A DNA stretch of 64,000 nucleotides, taken from the NCBI GenBank assembly GCA_001776935.1, contig MFDN01000001.1, positions 165,449 through 229,448 of the forward strand. Direction: 5' to 3'. The stretch is from Candidatus Daviesbacteria bacterium RIFCSPLOWO2_01_FULL_39_23 (GTDB lineage: Bacteria > Patescibacteriota > Microgenomatia > Daviesbacterales > UBA10151). The notes under the pieces are model-generated. The model searched no databases, was not told the origin of the DNA, and was given only the letters and a program-made list of their open reading frames with translations. The position numbers and the translations under genes were made by a program. Positions 1-9,599 of the stretch are shown here, one piece after another; the stretch's first letter is position 1, and every line of letters starts with the position of its first letter.

Positions 1-1699
1 TTCCAAAAGAGACTTTTGGAAGCAGCTTTGCATTGGAAGGTATCAATACATCGCATATAAAAGGTCCTTTAAATTCAAGAGCCTGCTTGATTTTACTTTC
101 TATTTGCTTATTTGTTTTAATCTGCGAACTTTTTAGCCCATAAGCTTTAACGATTTTAATAAAGTCCGGTACGCTATAACCTGTTTGCGGTTCTGTAGCA
201 AGAAAGTTGCTGTTAAAATATTCTTCCTGGAATTGTTTTATTATTGCGTAGGATTTGCTGTTTAAGATAAAAATCTTTATGGGCAAATTATAATATTTTA
301 AAGTTTGAAGTTCCTGAATATTCATTTGGAACCCTCCGTCTCCTATAATGCAGATTATTTCTTTTCCTCCCAGAGCAATTGAAGCTCCAATGCTTGCCGG
401 AAAGGAGTAGGCCATAGGGGAATTGCCCATGGCAGAAAAAAGCCGTTGGCCTTTTCTTACATGAAATGCCTGAATCGTCCATGTTAAATTTCCTCCGCAA
501 TCCGCAATAACAACTGCGTCATTTTTAAGGTGTTTTGATAAAGTTTCTATAAAAACATAAGGATCAACATAATCACGCTTCTTATACCATTCACTAAGTA
601 CAGCAGGATATTTCTCCTTCCAAGCGATAGTCTGTTTTAACCAGGAATCGTTTTTGGGAATTTTTGCATTTTTGGTTTCAGATATAAATTTGGGGATAAC
701 ATCACGAATATCGGCGCAGATTGCAATATCGGGAGTTAACCCCCTTCCTTTAAAAATTTCGGCCCGGTCAATATCGACTACAATCTTTTGTGCTGCTCTT
801 GCAAAAGTTGCCGGTTTTCCACCGGTGATTCTGGTATCCAGTCTGGAGCCAAGACTTAAAATGCAGTCGCTGTTTTGGACCGTAAAGTTTGCTGCCCTGC
901 TGCCATATACTCCTATTTGTCCAATATAAAACGGATGGTTGTGATGTAAAACATCTATACCGCTCCAGGTTGAAACAACAGGTATACCAAGGAGATTAAC
1001 TAAAATTTCAAATTCTTTTATTTGATCAGCGTAGCGTATTGCTCCACCGGCTATGACAACTGCACGCTGTACACTTTTTAATAATTGGATGGCTTTGGAT
1101 ATATTTTGGTTAATTAATCGGGTGTTATCAATATCCAATATAATTTCACTCGGGTTAAATTTTCTGAGTTTACTGACAATTATTTCTGCCCGTTGTACAT
1201 TCATCGGCATATCTAAAAGCACCGGTCCGGGTCTTCCGGATTTGGCGATATAAATGACCTTCTCAAGATAATATCGGATATCTTCAGGATTTGTTACCTG
1301 AACTGCGAATTTTGTGATTGGTTTTACCATCTCAACAATATCAGTTTCCTGAAAACCTATTTGTCTTACTTTTCGGCTTTGTCTCGATTCAGATGTGTTA
1401 ACCTGTCCGGTGATGCAAATCATTGGTATAGAATCAAAGTATGCGCAGGCAATTCCTGTAATGAGGTTGGTCATACCCGGTCCGCTGGTTGCCATGGCAG
1501 CCCCTATATTTTTAGTAATGCGGGCATAAGCTTCCGCTGCCATTGCGCCTGCCTGTTCGTGTTGAACGCATCTATAATCAATACCTTTCGTTGTCCCCAG
1601 TGATTGAACCATATGGACAGAAGCCCCACCAATAATTTGAAAAACATGCCGGATGCCGTTTTTAGCGAGAAAAGAAGCTAAATAATCAGAAACTTTCAT
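1..1699 (-). CDS. ThDP-dependent enzyme, acetolactate synthase large-subunit-like (YerE-like carboligase); 3' end runs off the window
   Basis: Not in the ORF track. Manual translation from ATG at 1699: MKVSDYLASFLAKNGIRHVFQIIGG...VQHEQAGAMAAEAYAR...ATSGPGMTNLITGIACAYFDSIP. ThDP motif IIGDGGFQMNIQELQT near 290-350. The same frame reads GPFICDVLIPSNAKLLPKVSFG at the window edge. Confidence 0.9.
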   Translation of the reverse strand, partial: MKVSDYLASFLAKNGIRHVFQIIGGASVHMVQSLGTTKGIDYRCVQHEQAGAMAAEAYARITKNIGAAMATSGPGMTNLITGIACAYFDSIPMICITGQVNTSESRQSRKVRQIGFQETDIVEMVKPITKFAVQVTNPEDIRYYLEKVIYIAKSGRPGPVLLDMPMNVQRAEIIVSKLRKFNPSEIILDIDNTRLINQNISKAIQLLKSVQRAVVIAGGAIRYADQIKEFEILVNLLGIPVVSTWSGIDVLHHNHPFYIGQIGVYGSRAANFTVQNSDCILSLGSRLDTRITGGKPATFARAAQKIVVDIDRAEIFKGRGLTPDIAICADIRDVIPKFISETKNAKIPKNDSWLKQTIAWKEKYPAVLSEWYKKRDYVDPYVFIETLSKHLKNDAVVIADCGGNLTWTIQAFHVRKGQRLFSAMGNSPMAYSFPASIGASIALGGKEIICIIGDGGFQMNIQELQTLKYYNLPIKIFILNSKSYAIIKQFQEEYFNSNFLATEPQTGYSVPDFIKIVKAYGLKSSQIKTNKQIESKIKQALEFKGPFICDVLIPSNAKLLPKVSFG

Positions 1700-1724
1700 T
1701 TTTTTTGTGCTTAGTATTGAAGCT

Positions 1725-1753
1725 AGTCTATATAAAAAGCAAGCTTAAGTCAA
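1725..1753 (-). promoter_or_regulatory. sigma70-like promoter of the ThDP enzyme gene
   Basis: Minus strand TTGACT (1753-1748), 17 nt spacer, TAGACT (1730-1725), 25 nt upstream of ATG 1699. Confidence 0.55.
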
Positions 1754-1760
1754 GGAAGAA

Positions 1761-2204
1761 TCAGGCAGCCGGGTGGACAAAATCAAACTTTGGAAAAATG
1801 CTTCTTAATACCTCCTCAGGTCCGACAATACATCTTCCTACAAAATCAAAGCGCGGCCACTCACCTCTTAATACCCCGGTATCTTCTATTGCTTTCTTAA
1901 CTATAGCTTGTTCGTAACGGTTTAGAGCTTCTCCCCGGACATCTTGCAGAAAATCTTCCTGACTCATTAGAAGCTTTATTCCTTTCGTTGGATTTAAAGA
2001 AGCTAATAAAGCAGGAGGAATGATTTCCTCCATTGTGGATGTTTGTCCATAACAATGTCTGTGTGCTATTGTCCTATCAGGAGTATAAGTTGGGCAGTCT
2101 ATAATTTGATCTCTTTGTTCCGGCAAAATTGACTCTATGATTTGTTCAAAAGTTTCCTCGGAAGCTACAAATATTAATACAGGTTCTGCGTCAATTCTTT
2201 TCAT
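1761..2204 (-). CDS. hypothetical protein
   Basis: 147 aa ORF 8 nt downstream of the amidotransferase on the same strand; no recognisable motif. Confidence 0.6.
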   Translation of the reverse strand: MKRIDAEPVLIFVASEETFEQIIESILPEQRDQIIDCPTYTPDRTIAHRHCYGQTSTMEEIIPPALLASLNPTKGIKLLMSQEDFLQDVRGEALNRYEQAIVKKAIEDTGVLRGEWPRFDFVGRCIVGPEEVLRSIFPKFDFVHPAA

Positions 2205-2212
2205 TTGTGTTT

Positions 2213-3451
2213 TTATATATCATCAACTCCGTCTTTATTTACAGTATGTCTTAGTTTCCATCCACTCTTTGTTTTGGACCACAGATGCGGGGATTTAAAT
2301 TGATTGCAAAGAGATAAAAAGTGCTCCGGCTTCATATCTAAATAATTCATTACTTCATTAAAATATCTGTCCGGAAATTCTCCGTCAAATTTTTTTACTA
2401 AAGCCTGTCCTTCTTCCCGTGTTAAATGTTTATTTCTAATTTCTTGAGAAGCATCGTAAGTTGCCCGGCCGATGCCAAATTTCATAAATGTTGTATAATA
2501 ATGCAGGTCATCAATTTTGTCATCGATGCTGTTGTATTTGCTGTAAGTGCCTTGTGTTCTAAACGGCCGTGCTTTAAAACCGCAGTGCTCAACCGCGAAG
2601 TAGTACGCTTCTTGCGGTACCCATTTTGTATAATATCCAAGATATCGTACTTCAATTTTTGTTTTCTCCAGCTCGGTATAAATTACAGGTAAATATGCCA
2701 TCAAATCGGTAAGAGAAATTTTATATTTGCTGATTAATTCTTTAACAGGTACCCCGCCGAAATAGATTTCATCAAGATTTTTAAAAGTATAATAAGATTT
2801 ATCCCGTAGTGAGCTTGAGTTATCTACAATAGGATTGCCGTATTCAGCTTCATTTTCACCATAAAAAATTAAGGGAATTTTGTATTTAATGGCGATTTTT
2901 GGAGCTAGATTCTTCTGTCCTAAGATAAATGTTTGAAAAGGATGGAGAAGATTCTCGATTGACAATTTTGTCAACAACCTCATAACGTTGCCGTTTGGTT
3001 TAAATGTAATATTGTCAAATCCGCCTAATTCAATCCAGCTTTTGAAATTTTGGTAACCATAATCCGTATACATAATAGGAGGCCAGGTAATGGTTAGGGG
3101 ATGCATGCCGTATTTGTATTTAAGCAAGTGCGCAGTCATTGCACTGTCTTTCCCGCCGCTTCCGGGTACCAGACAATCATAATTGCCATCGTTTTTGCGG
3201 TATTTATCCAAAAGCTCGAGTAACTCTTTTTCCCTTTGTTGCCAGTTGATACTCTCTTTGTATTGGGCATATCTGCAAGCATCGCAAATCCCGTCTGTGC
3301 TTATATTTAGGGTTTCTTTCTTGCTTTCGCTTGTATGTTTAAACTCTATTGTTGAAACCGGACGCTGGTTAGACATTACGCATTTTTTGCAGAAAATAAC
3401 CTTACCGGGTAATCCGTATTTTGCATCTAAATTTTTTTTAACTTTTCCCAT
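2213..3451 (-). CDS. N-acetyl sugar amidotransferase (WbuX/PtmG/PseA-like, acetamidino-forming)
   Basis: N-terminal CKKC and CDAC Cys pairs; PP-loop SGGKDS; YGENEAEYG; followed the HisH/HisF paralogs in transcription order. Confidence 0.9.
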   Translation of the reverse strand: MGKVKKNLDAKYGLPGKVIFCKKCVMSNQRPVSTIEFKHTSESKKETLNISTDGICDACRYAQYKESINWQQREKELLELLDKYRKNDGNYDCLVPGSGGKDSAMTAHLLKYKYGMHPLTITWPPIMYTDYGYQNFKSWIELGGFDNITFKPNGNVMRLLTKLSIENLLHPFQTFILGQKNLAPKIAIKYKIPLIFYGENEAEYGNPIVDNSSSLRDKSYYTFKNLDEIYFGGVPVKELISKYKISLTDLMAYLPVIYTELEKTKIEVRYLGYYTKWVPQEAYYFAVEHCGFKARPFRTQGTYSKYNSIDDKIDDLHYYTTFMKFGIGRATYDASQEIRNKHLTREEGQALVKKFDGEFPDRYFNEVMNYLDMKPEHFLSLCNQFKSPHLWSKTKSGWKLRHTVNKDGVDDI

Positions 3452-3453
3452 AA

Positions 3454-4083
3454 TTATTTTAAACTGAGCCAGTTTTTATATATTTTGATTCCTTCTGCGC
3501 CGCTTTTTTCCGGATGGAATTGGGTAGCAAATATATTATTTGAAAGTATTGCCGAACAATATCTAATGTCCTCATAGATTGTTTCGGATAGTATAGCATT
3601 AGTCTCTCCGGCAGTCACATAGAACGAATGAACAAAATACATAAATTCTCCCGGCAGGGTATTTTTAAAGGGAGAGTTATCCCAGAGTTGTTTATCTTTT
3701 TGTAAGATCTGGTTCCAGCCAATTTGGGGGACCTTGATTCTTTTTCCCTTGCTTGAGAATTTTCTAACCTGACCCTTAATCAAATCCAAACCTTTGTGGT
3801 TACCGAATTCTTCGCTTTGCGAAAACAGCAACTGCATACCTAAACAAACTCCCATAAACGGGCGGCCGGATGAGGTGAATTCCTTTATCACACTAATAAG
3901 CTCCAAATTTTGAAGATTTTTCATTGCATCGCCAAATGCTCCGACTCCTGGTAAGATAGCTGCGTCTGAATCAGCTATATCAGACTTGTCGGAAGTAATT
4001 TGTGAATCAACCTGCAAATAATCCAAGGCATGCTTGATGCTGAATAAGTTACTTAACTGGTAATCTATTATTGCGATTTTCAT
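3454..4083 (-). CDS. hisH: HisH-like class I glutamine amidotransferase (glycan-cluster paralog, WbuY-like)
   Basis: LPGVGAF, GVCLGMQ (catalytic Cys), YFVHSF, QFHPEKS (His-Glu). Confidence 0.9.
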   Translation of the reverse strand: MKIAIIDYQLSNLFSIKHALDYLQVDSQITSDKSDIADSDAAILPGVGAFGDAMKNLQNLELISVIKEFTSSGRPFMGVCLGMQLLFSQSEEFGNHKGLDLIKGQVRKFSSKGKRIKVPQIGWNQILQKDKQLWDNSPFKNTLPGEFMYFVHSFYVTAGETNAILSETIYEDIRYCSAILSNNIFATQFHPEKSGAEGIKIYKNWLSLK

Positions 4084-4928
4084 CAGTATCTTATTGATAC
4101 TCCTTTATGTTTAAGATAATTTTTGATTTCTTTTAAGCTGACAGGTTCTATCTTGGAAAAAATCAGACCCTTTTTTAAGAATTCAATATTTCCTTCATTT
4201 ATAAAATTATTGGTATTGGCATGATTTTTAACGAAGTCATAATGCAGCATTGAGGCAACAACGACTGCATCTGCTCCGCCTTCCGTGATTATACGGTAAA
4301 TATCATCCGGCGATCCGGCTCCTCCGCAGGCCACTACAGGAATGGATATATTTTGCGAAATCATTTTAGTTAAACCGATATCATATCCTTCCCCGGTACC
4401 CTCTTTATCTACGGAGGTAATGATAATCTCACCTGCTCCTAAACTTTCCACCTTTTTTGCCCATTCCAAAACCTCGAGTCCTGTTTCTTCCCTGCCGTTA
4501 TCAATATAGGAAAAATATTTTCCGTCAGGTTGTTTGATTGCCTCAATGGACACGGCAATAGTGGATGAGCCAAAGATTCGCGAAGCCTCTTTTATGATGG
4601 AGGGGTTTTTTACAGCAGCAGTGTTAAGGGAGACTTTATCTGCTCCTGATCTTAAGACCGCACGGATATCATCTATTGTCCTGATCCCTCCGCCGACAGT
4701 TAAGGGGATGAATATGTCTCCGGCGGTTTTTGAAATAATATCATGCAGGCTGTTTCTATTATATAAAGAGGCAACTACATCCATATATAGAAGTTCGTCT
4801 GCGCCGTTTTCATAATAATATTTAGCAAAATCCTCGGGTTTACCAAGGACGCGTAAGCCTTCTAAATGGATTCCTTTTACCAGATTAGGACCTTTTATAT
4901 CGAGCCGGGCTATAATTCTGTGAGTCAT
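4083..4928 (-). CDS. hisF: HisF-like cyclase subunit (glycan-cluster paralog, WbuZ/AglZ-like)
   Basis: RIIARLDIKGPNLVKG, GADEL, PLTVGGGIR, GADKVSLNTAA, PVVACGGAG. ATG 4928 chosen over the track start 4961, which overlaps the upstream SDR. Confidence 0.9.
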   Translation of the reverse strand: MTHRIIARLDIKGPNLVKGIHLEGLRVLGKPEDFAKYYYENGADELLYMDVVASLYNRNSLHDIISKTAGDIFIPLTVGGGIRTIDDIRAVLRSGADKVSLNTAAVKNPSIIKEASRIFGSSTIAVSIEAIKQPDGKYFSYIDNGREETGLEVLEWAKKVESLGAGEIIITSVDKEGTGEGYDIGLTKMISQNISIPVVACGGAGSPDDIYRIITEGGADAVVVASMLHYDFVKNHANTNNFINEGNIEFLKKGLIFSKIEPVSLKEIKNYLKHKGVSIRY

Positions 4929-4935
4929 TGAAAAG

Positions 4936-5724
4936 TTAAATCGCGGTCCAGCCTCCATCAACCATAAAAGCAGTTCCTGTAATATATGACGACGCGTCTG
5001 AAGCTAAAAATAAAACTGCACTGGCAATTTCTTCGGGTTTTCCCATCCTGCCAAGAGGTGTATTTTCCTCATAATTTTTGACGAAAATCTTGTTTTGGTT
5101 ATCAAAGATACCTCCCGGGCAAATTGTGTTTATCCTGACCTGGAATTTTCCGAAATAAGAAGCCAGATACTTTCCTAAATTAACTATCCCTCCCTTAATG
5201 GCGCAATATGCCATGGGACTGGTTAGGCCCGTGCCTTCATAAACGGAGAAATCATTGCCCACAACTCCATAAATTGAGCCAAAATTTATTAAACTCCCGC
5301 TTTTCTGCTCCTTCATTATCAGACAAACTTTTCGGCTGATCCAGCTGTAAGCGTTTAAATGCATATCTACATTTTTTTGCCACGACTCTAAAGATAAATC
5401 TTCAACTTTTTTTCCCCAGTCTGTGGTTCTTGGGTAAGCCGCATTTACCCAAACATCAATCCTTCCGTACTTTTTGTGTAAGTTATCAACTTTTTTATCA
5501 ATATTGATAGTATCTGTAATGTCAAATACTTCAAAGGATATATTTTTTCCTTCACCCTGCAGTTTTTTTTGCAATTCCCCGCTTTTTTGATCTATTTCCA
5601 ATATGACCACGTGCGCTCCGGCATCAGCCAAAGCATTTGTTACCTCTGTTCCCAAAAGACCAGCGCCGCCGGTTACAAAAGCAATTTTTCCTTTCAGTGA
5701 GAATTTTTTTAAATAATTTTTCAC
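4936..5724 (-). CDS. SDR oxidoreductase (PtmA/ElaC-like)
   Basis: TGGAGLLG Rossmann motif, VNAAYPR, SIYG, catalytic YCAIK, VDGG C-terminus. Confidence 0.85.
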   Translation of the reverse strand: MKNYLKKFSLKGKIAFVTGGAGLLGTEVTNALADAGAHVVILEIDQKSGELQKKLQGEGKNISFEVFDITDTINIDKKVDNLHKKYGRIDVWVNAAYPRTTDWGKKVEDLSLESWQKNVDMHLNAYSWISRKVCLIMKEQKSGSLINFGSIYGVVGNDFSVYEGTGLTSPMAYCAIKGGIVNLGKYLASYFGKFQVRINTICPGGIFDNQNKIFVKNYEENTPLGRMGKPEEIASAVLFLASDASSYITGTAFMVDGGWTAI

Positions 5725-6425
5725 AAAGATATTATACCTTCCTTTACCAAAAATTCTATAAATCTAAAATCGGTTTCCGAGTCGATATCTTTTGAGATTT
5801 CATTCATTACATACACAATAGAATTATCGCTTATGGAGCTGTTATTCTCTTCATTTATAAGATAATCCCGGTCATAAATATAAATTGATGCGTTCATATC
5901 GTAGACTTTTGGAGCATCCTGACGGCGGACGAAATCACCCTTTTTGCTTAAAACTGCTTTGCCGTCATTTGTTTCTTCAACCATATTAAAGTAGGGGTTT
6001 CTGTGTGCAGGAACAACACTGAATAAGGTTTTTGGGTTCTTTTTTGTAAACAATTTTAACGAATTTTCTAAATCCGATATTTTCCTGACAGGGGAAGTAA
6101 CATCAAGATCCATCACGCAGTCGTATTTTTCTTTGTAGAATTCTTCACAGTAATTTAGGGCATGCCTAAGGACCGGAACCTTGGCAGCTGTATCTGTAGC
6201 AAGCGCAGCAGGTCTTATGAAAGGCACTTCAGCTCCAAATTGTCTGGCGAAAACCGCAATTTCCTCTGAATCCGTACTGACAATAATACGTGTGTCTTTG
6301 CTCCACTCTTTTGCCTGTTTTATTGTGTAATAGATCAGGGGTTTTCCTAATATCTCTCTGATATTTTTGCCTTTGACGCCTTTTGACCCTCCCCTTGCGC
6401 AAATTGTAATTAATATATTATTCAT
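5721..6425 (-). CDS. neuA: acylneuraminate (CMP-nonulosonate) cytidylyltransferase, NeuA/LegF/PtmB-like
   Basis: ARGGSKGVKGKN, VSTDS, RPAALATD, TSPVR, RRQD, DID motifs. Confidence 0.9.
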   Translation of the reverse strand: MNNILITICARGGSKGVKGKNIREILGKPLIYYTIKQAKEWSKDTRIIVSTDSEEIAVFARQFGAEVPFIRPAALATDTAAKVPVLRHALNYCEEFYKEKYDCVMDLDVTSPVRKISDLENSLKLFTKKNPKTLFSVVPAHRNPYFNMVEETNDGKAVLSKKGDFVRRQDAPKVYDMNASIYIYDRDYLINEENNSSISDNSIVYVMNEISKDIDSETDFRFIEFLVKEGIISL

Positions 6426-6430
6426 TTTAA

Positions 6431-6817
6431 TTAGACTAAAGACATACCTCTTTTAATTAATTGAATGGGTAATCCCCATGGATCCCTAAGCATTGCCATT
6501 TTATCTCCATTTTCCGAAACGGAAATTTCACTAACTACCTCGGCTCCAGCAGAAACAAGTTTTTGATAAGTTGTTTCTATATCCAGAACAGAAAAACCTA
6601 AGTGCATAATGACCGGATCCAAAGATCTGTAATCAGGAACTATTTTATCGGGTAAGCGGAAAATCTCAAGCAGTATTTTTTTTGGATGATCTGCTATAAA
6701 GTGCGCGAAGGGAGAAATATTCATCTGTTTGATTACTGTAAATCTCAGATTATCAGAATACCATTTTGCCGCAGCAACCGGATCTTTCATCATTAGTGCT
6801 AAATGCTCAATTTTCAT
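6431..6817 (-). CDS. VOC/glyoxalase superfamily protein
   Basis: IEHLALMMKD..AAAKWY..LRF, LLEIF, MHLGFSVLDI, LRDPWGLPIQL beta-alpha-beta-beta-beta pattern. Confidence 0.8.
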   Translation of the reverse strand: MKIEHLALMMKDPVAAAKWYSDNLRFTVIKQMNISPFAHFIADHPKKILLEIFRLPDKIVPDYRSLDPVIMHLGFSVLDIETTYQKLVSAGAEVVSEISVSENGDKMAMLRDPWGLPIQLIKRGMSLV

Positions 6818-7739
6818 TTTTAAAATAAATTATTTTTTTATACAAATCAACTGCATTTGTTAAATTATTCATCATCCTCGGATTTTCTATATTATCAAAA
6901 AAATACTTTATTTGCTCTTCGTACTCCTGACCCTTTTTGTATTTTAATTTAATAATATTTTTGAGTTCTTCATGTTGATACTCTTTAATTTCGGCATTAA
7001 CAATATCTCCGATAACGGTTAAGTCTTCAAAATCGATTTGTATAAATCTTTGGCGGAAATGGCTTAAAAAGTTGATGTGAATATTAACAGGACACATTGG
7101 TGTTGAAACAAGCATATCTGCGTAGTCTTCGGCATCTGTAGTCACCTGGCCCATACGGGCAAAATTTCCGATGATTTTTTGGATGTTGTCAAGAAGATAA
7201 GAAGTGTAGTCCAGTTCGTGTGATAAATCCAGGATGACTCCTCCGCCCATTTGGGTATTGGCAGAATAGCTTTTAAGATAATTTTTATTTGGTCTCCACA
7301 TGGGCAGGAAAGAAGTGCAAACAACCCTCATATGCAAAGGTTTTTTGGAAGATAAATAATCTTTTAATTTTTTGATCACAGGGTTAAAACGAAGATTATA
7401 AGCGACATAAGTAACAAGATTTTTCTCTTTTAAAAGTTTTAAAAGTTCATCTAGACCGCTTAAATTTTGGCCGATTGGTTTTTCTACAAAAAGCTTGCAG
7501 TTAAGCTGTGCGCATTTGATGGCTGTTTCAATATGAAGACTTGTTGGATTTGTAATAAAAGCAATATCAGGTTTTAATTTTTTTACTTCATCCCATAAGT
7601 GAAGTTCCGCAATGCCTAATTTATTGGGGGTATTTTCCGTTCCCGAGCGAAAGGCGAAAAGCTCATGTTTATAATTTTTCAGCAGAATTTCCGCATGTTT
7701 TTGCCCAATGGATCCTAAACCAAAGAAAATAATTTTCAC
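6807..7739 (-). CDS. Gfo/Idh/MocA family oxidoreductase (PtmF/ElaA-like)
   Basis: GLGSIG, EKP, YNLRF, GGGVILDLSHELD. GTG at 7739 (MKIIFFG) preferred to the track start 7760. Confidence 0.85.
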   Translation of the reverse strand: MKIIFFGLGSIGQKHAEILLKNYKHELFAFRSGTENTPNKLGIAELHLWDEVKKLKPDIAFITNPTSLHIETAIKCAQLNCKLFVEKPIGQNLSGLDELLKLLKEKNLVTYVAYNLRFNPVIKKLKDYLSSKKPLHMRVVCTSFLPMWRPNKNYLKSYSANTQMGGGVILDLSHELDYTSYLLDNIQKIIGNFARMGQVTTDAEDYADMLVSTPMCPVNIHINFLSHFRQRFIQIDFEDLTVIGDIVNAEIKEYQHEELKNIIKLKYKKGQEYEEQIKYFFDNIENPRMMNNLTNAVDLYKKIIYFKNEN

Positions 7740-7800
7740 TATATATGATAGTATATCCAAAATTTGTAAAATGTAATAGATTCAAATTATAATAATTGAT
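7740..7800. promoter_or_regulatory. compact divergent promoter region
   Basis: Plus strand TTGTAA (7764-7769), 18 nt, TATAAT (7788-7793), 7 nt before ATG 7801. Minus strand TATACT (7755-7750), 10 nt before GTG 7739. Confidence 0.55.
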
Positions 7801-8850
7801 ATGACGATAGATAATAAAAAAATTGGGAACGGAAATCCGGTTTTTGTTATTGCTGAAGCCGGTGTCAACCATAACCGGCAGTTGGATTTAGCTCTTCAGC
7901 TGGTGGATATTGCTGCTGCTGCCGGCGCAGATGCGGTTAAATTCCAGACTTTTAAGGCAGAAGAGGTAGTAACCGATTCAGGTGAAATGGCTTCTTACCA
8001 GAAAAAAAATATCGGCAAACAAACCAGTCAAAAAGAAATGTTAAAAAGTTTAGAGCTGCCTGAAGAATTTTATCCGCCACTTCTTAAAAGATGCGAAGAA
8101 AAGAATATTTTGTTTATGTCTACACCGCACGGGGGTATAAAGTCGGTAGATTTTTTAGAATCTTTAGAAGTCAAAGTATACAAAATAGGATCAGGCGATC
8201 TAACAAATTATATCCTTTTAAATAGAGTTGCAAAAACGAAAAAGCCAATTATTCTCAGTACAGGTATGGCGACTTTAAAAGAAGCAAAAGGAGCTGTCGA
8301 TTTTCTTAAATCAAAAGGGGCTTTTCAGATTGCGATTCTGCATTGTACTACCAATTATCCCTGCCCACCCAAAGATGTAAATCTTTTGGCAATGAAAACA
8401 ATGATGGAAGAGCTGGATATACCTGTTGGTTACTCCGATCATACTCAGGGAATTCAAGTTGCAATAATGGCTGCGACCTTAGGGATGACCATTTATGAGT
8501 GTCATTTTACAGTAGATAAAAAATTGCCCGGACCTGATCATATTGCTTCTTGTGAATCGGATGAGTTAAAGGAAAAAATCGAGGCAATAAGAAATGTGCC
8601 GGAAGTTTTGGGAAAAAGCAAAAAAATTCCTACCTTAAGCGAACTGGAATCAATGATTAAAGTGGTCAGAAGGAGTATTGTGGCAGCAAAGGATCTTAAA
8701 GCAGGGCATATTTTAAACGAAGATGATTTAGAGGCAAAGCGGCCGGGAGACGGAGTAGCTCCGCTGCAATTTGAAAAATTTTTAGGAAAAAGATTAAAAG
8801 TATCGCTTAAGACTGATCAGCAGATAACGTTTAAGAATATTGAAAAGTGA
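7801..8850 (+). CDS. neuB: nonulosonic acid synthase (NeuB/LegI family)
   Basis: IAEAGVNHN, GADAVKFQTF, KIGSGD, STGM, LHCTTNYP, GYSDHT, ECHFT, GPDH, C-terminal SAF domain KRPGDG. Confidence 0.95.
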   Translation: MTIDNKKIGNGNPVFVIAEAGVNHNRQLDLALQLVDIAAAAGADAVKFQTFKAEEVVTDSGEMASYQKKNIGKQTSQKEMLKSLELPEEFYPPLLKRCEEKNILFMSTPHGGIKSVDFLESLEVKVYKIGSGDLTNYILLNRVAKTKKPIILSTGMATLKEAKGAVDFLKSKGAFQIAILHCTTNYPCPPKDVNLLAMKTMMEELDIPVGYSDHTQGIQVAIMAATLGMTIYECHFTVDKKLPGPDHIASCESDELKEKIEAIRNVPEVLGKSKKIPTLSELESMIKVVRRSIVAAKDLKAGHILNEDDLEAKRPGDGVAPLQFEKFLGKRLKVSLKTDQQITFKNIEK

Positions 8851-9599
8851 AGACAATTTGGCTATCGGCAAATCTTTTGGGGTATGAATTATTAAAAGAA
8901 GCCATCTCGTTAAACGAGGTGGAAATTGGTGCAGTCATCACGCTAAGCAGGGATTCGAAAACGAAAATGTATGATGGTATAGGAATTGATGAGTGGAAAA
9001 AATTAGGCATACCGGTTTTTGGAATCAGCCGGGCCGATGAATCAATTGATTTAATGACCAAACTTGCTCCGGATTTAATTGTTATGTGCGGGTGGAGACA
9101 AATTGTCAGTAAGGAGTTTTTGGGAATTCCGCCGCTTGGGGTTGTGGGGTTTCACCCGACACTTCTACCGCAAGGCAGGGGTCCTGCACCAATAATAAAT
9201 TCAATTTTAGAAGGTTTTACGCGGAGCGGTGTAACAATGTTTTATGCCGACGAAGGTTTAGACAGCGGAGATATAGTCGGACAGGAAAGATTTAATATTG
9301 AAGAGGATGATTATGCTCAGGATGTATATGATAAAGTCATCAAGTCCGGAAAAAATTTAATTAGAAAATATTTGCCCTTAATTTTAGGAAATAAAACTCC
9401 GAAAGAAAAACAGGACGAGAGTAAAGCAACGATTTTTAAAAGAAGGGATATGCATGATAATGAGATTAAGCTTTCCGATCCGCTGGAGGAAATATATAGA
9501 AAGATAAGGGCTTTTTCAAAGCCTTATCTTGGTGCGTATGTTAAAGAAGGCAAAAAAAAGCTGATAATCTGGCAAGCAGAAAGGCAGGATGATGAATAA
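8847..9599 (+). CDS. sugar N-formyltransferase (Fmt-like, N10-formyl-THF dependent)
   Basis: GFHPTLLPQGRGPAP and DEGLDSGDI formyltransferase motifs; short Fmt-like C-terminus IRAFSKPYLGA. Confidence 0.85.
   Translation: MKTIWLSANLLGYELLKEAISLNEVEIGAVITLSRDSKTKMYDGIGIDEWKKLGIPVFGISRADESIDLMTKLAPDLIVMCGWRQIVSKEFLGIPPLGVVGFHPTLLPQGRGPAPIINSILEGFTRSGVTMFYADEGLDSGDIVGQERFNIEEDDYAQDVYDKVIKSGKNLIRKYLPLILGNKTPKEKQDESKATIFKRRDMHDNEIKLSDPLEEIYRKIRAFSKPYLGAYVKEGKKKLIIWQAERQDDE

Noticed and set aside
288-1917. Short track ORFs at 288, 654, 1053, 1361 and 1705
   Set aside because: Shadow ORFs antisense to or out of frame with the ThDP enzyme gene and its neighbour.
3454-4928. Histidine biosynthesis operon (hisH/hisF)
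   Set aside because: No other his genes are present, and adjacency to an N-acetyl sugar amidotransferase marks these as ammonia-supplying glycan paralogs.
8847-9599. Methionyl-tRNA formyltransferase (fmt)
   Set aside because: Short (250 aa), lacks the typical GTP.FA N-terminus, and is embedded between neuB and neuC.
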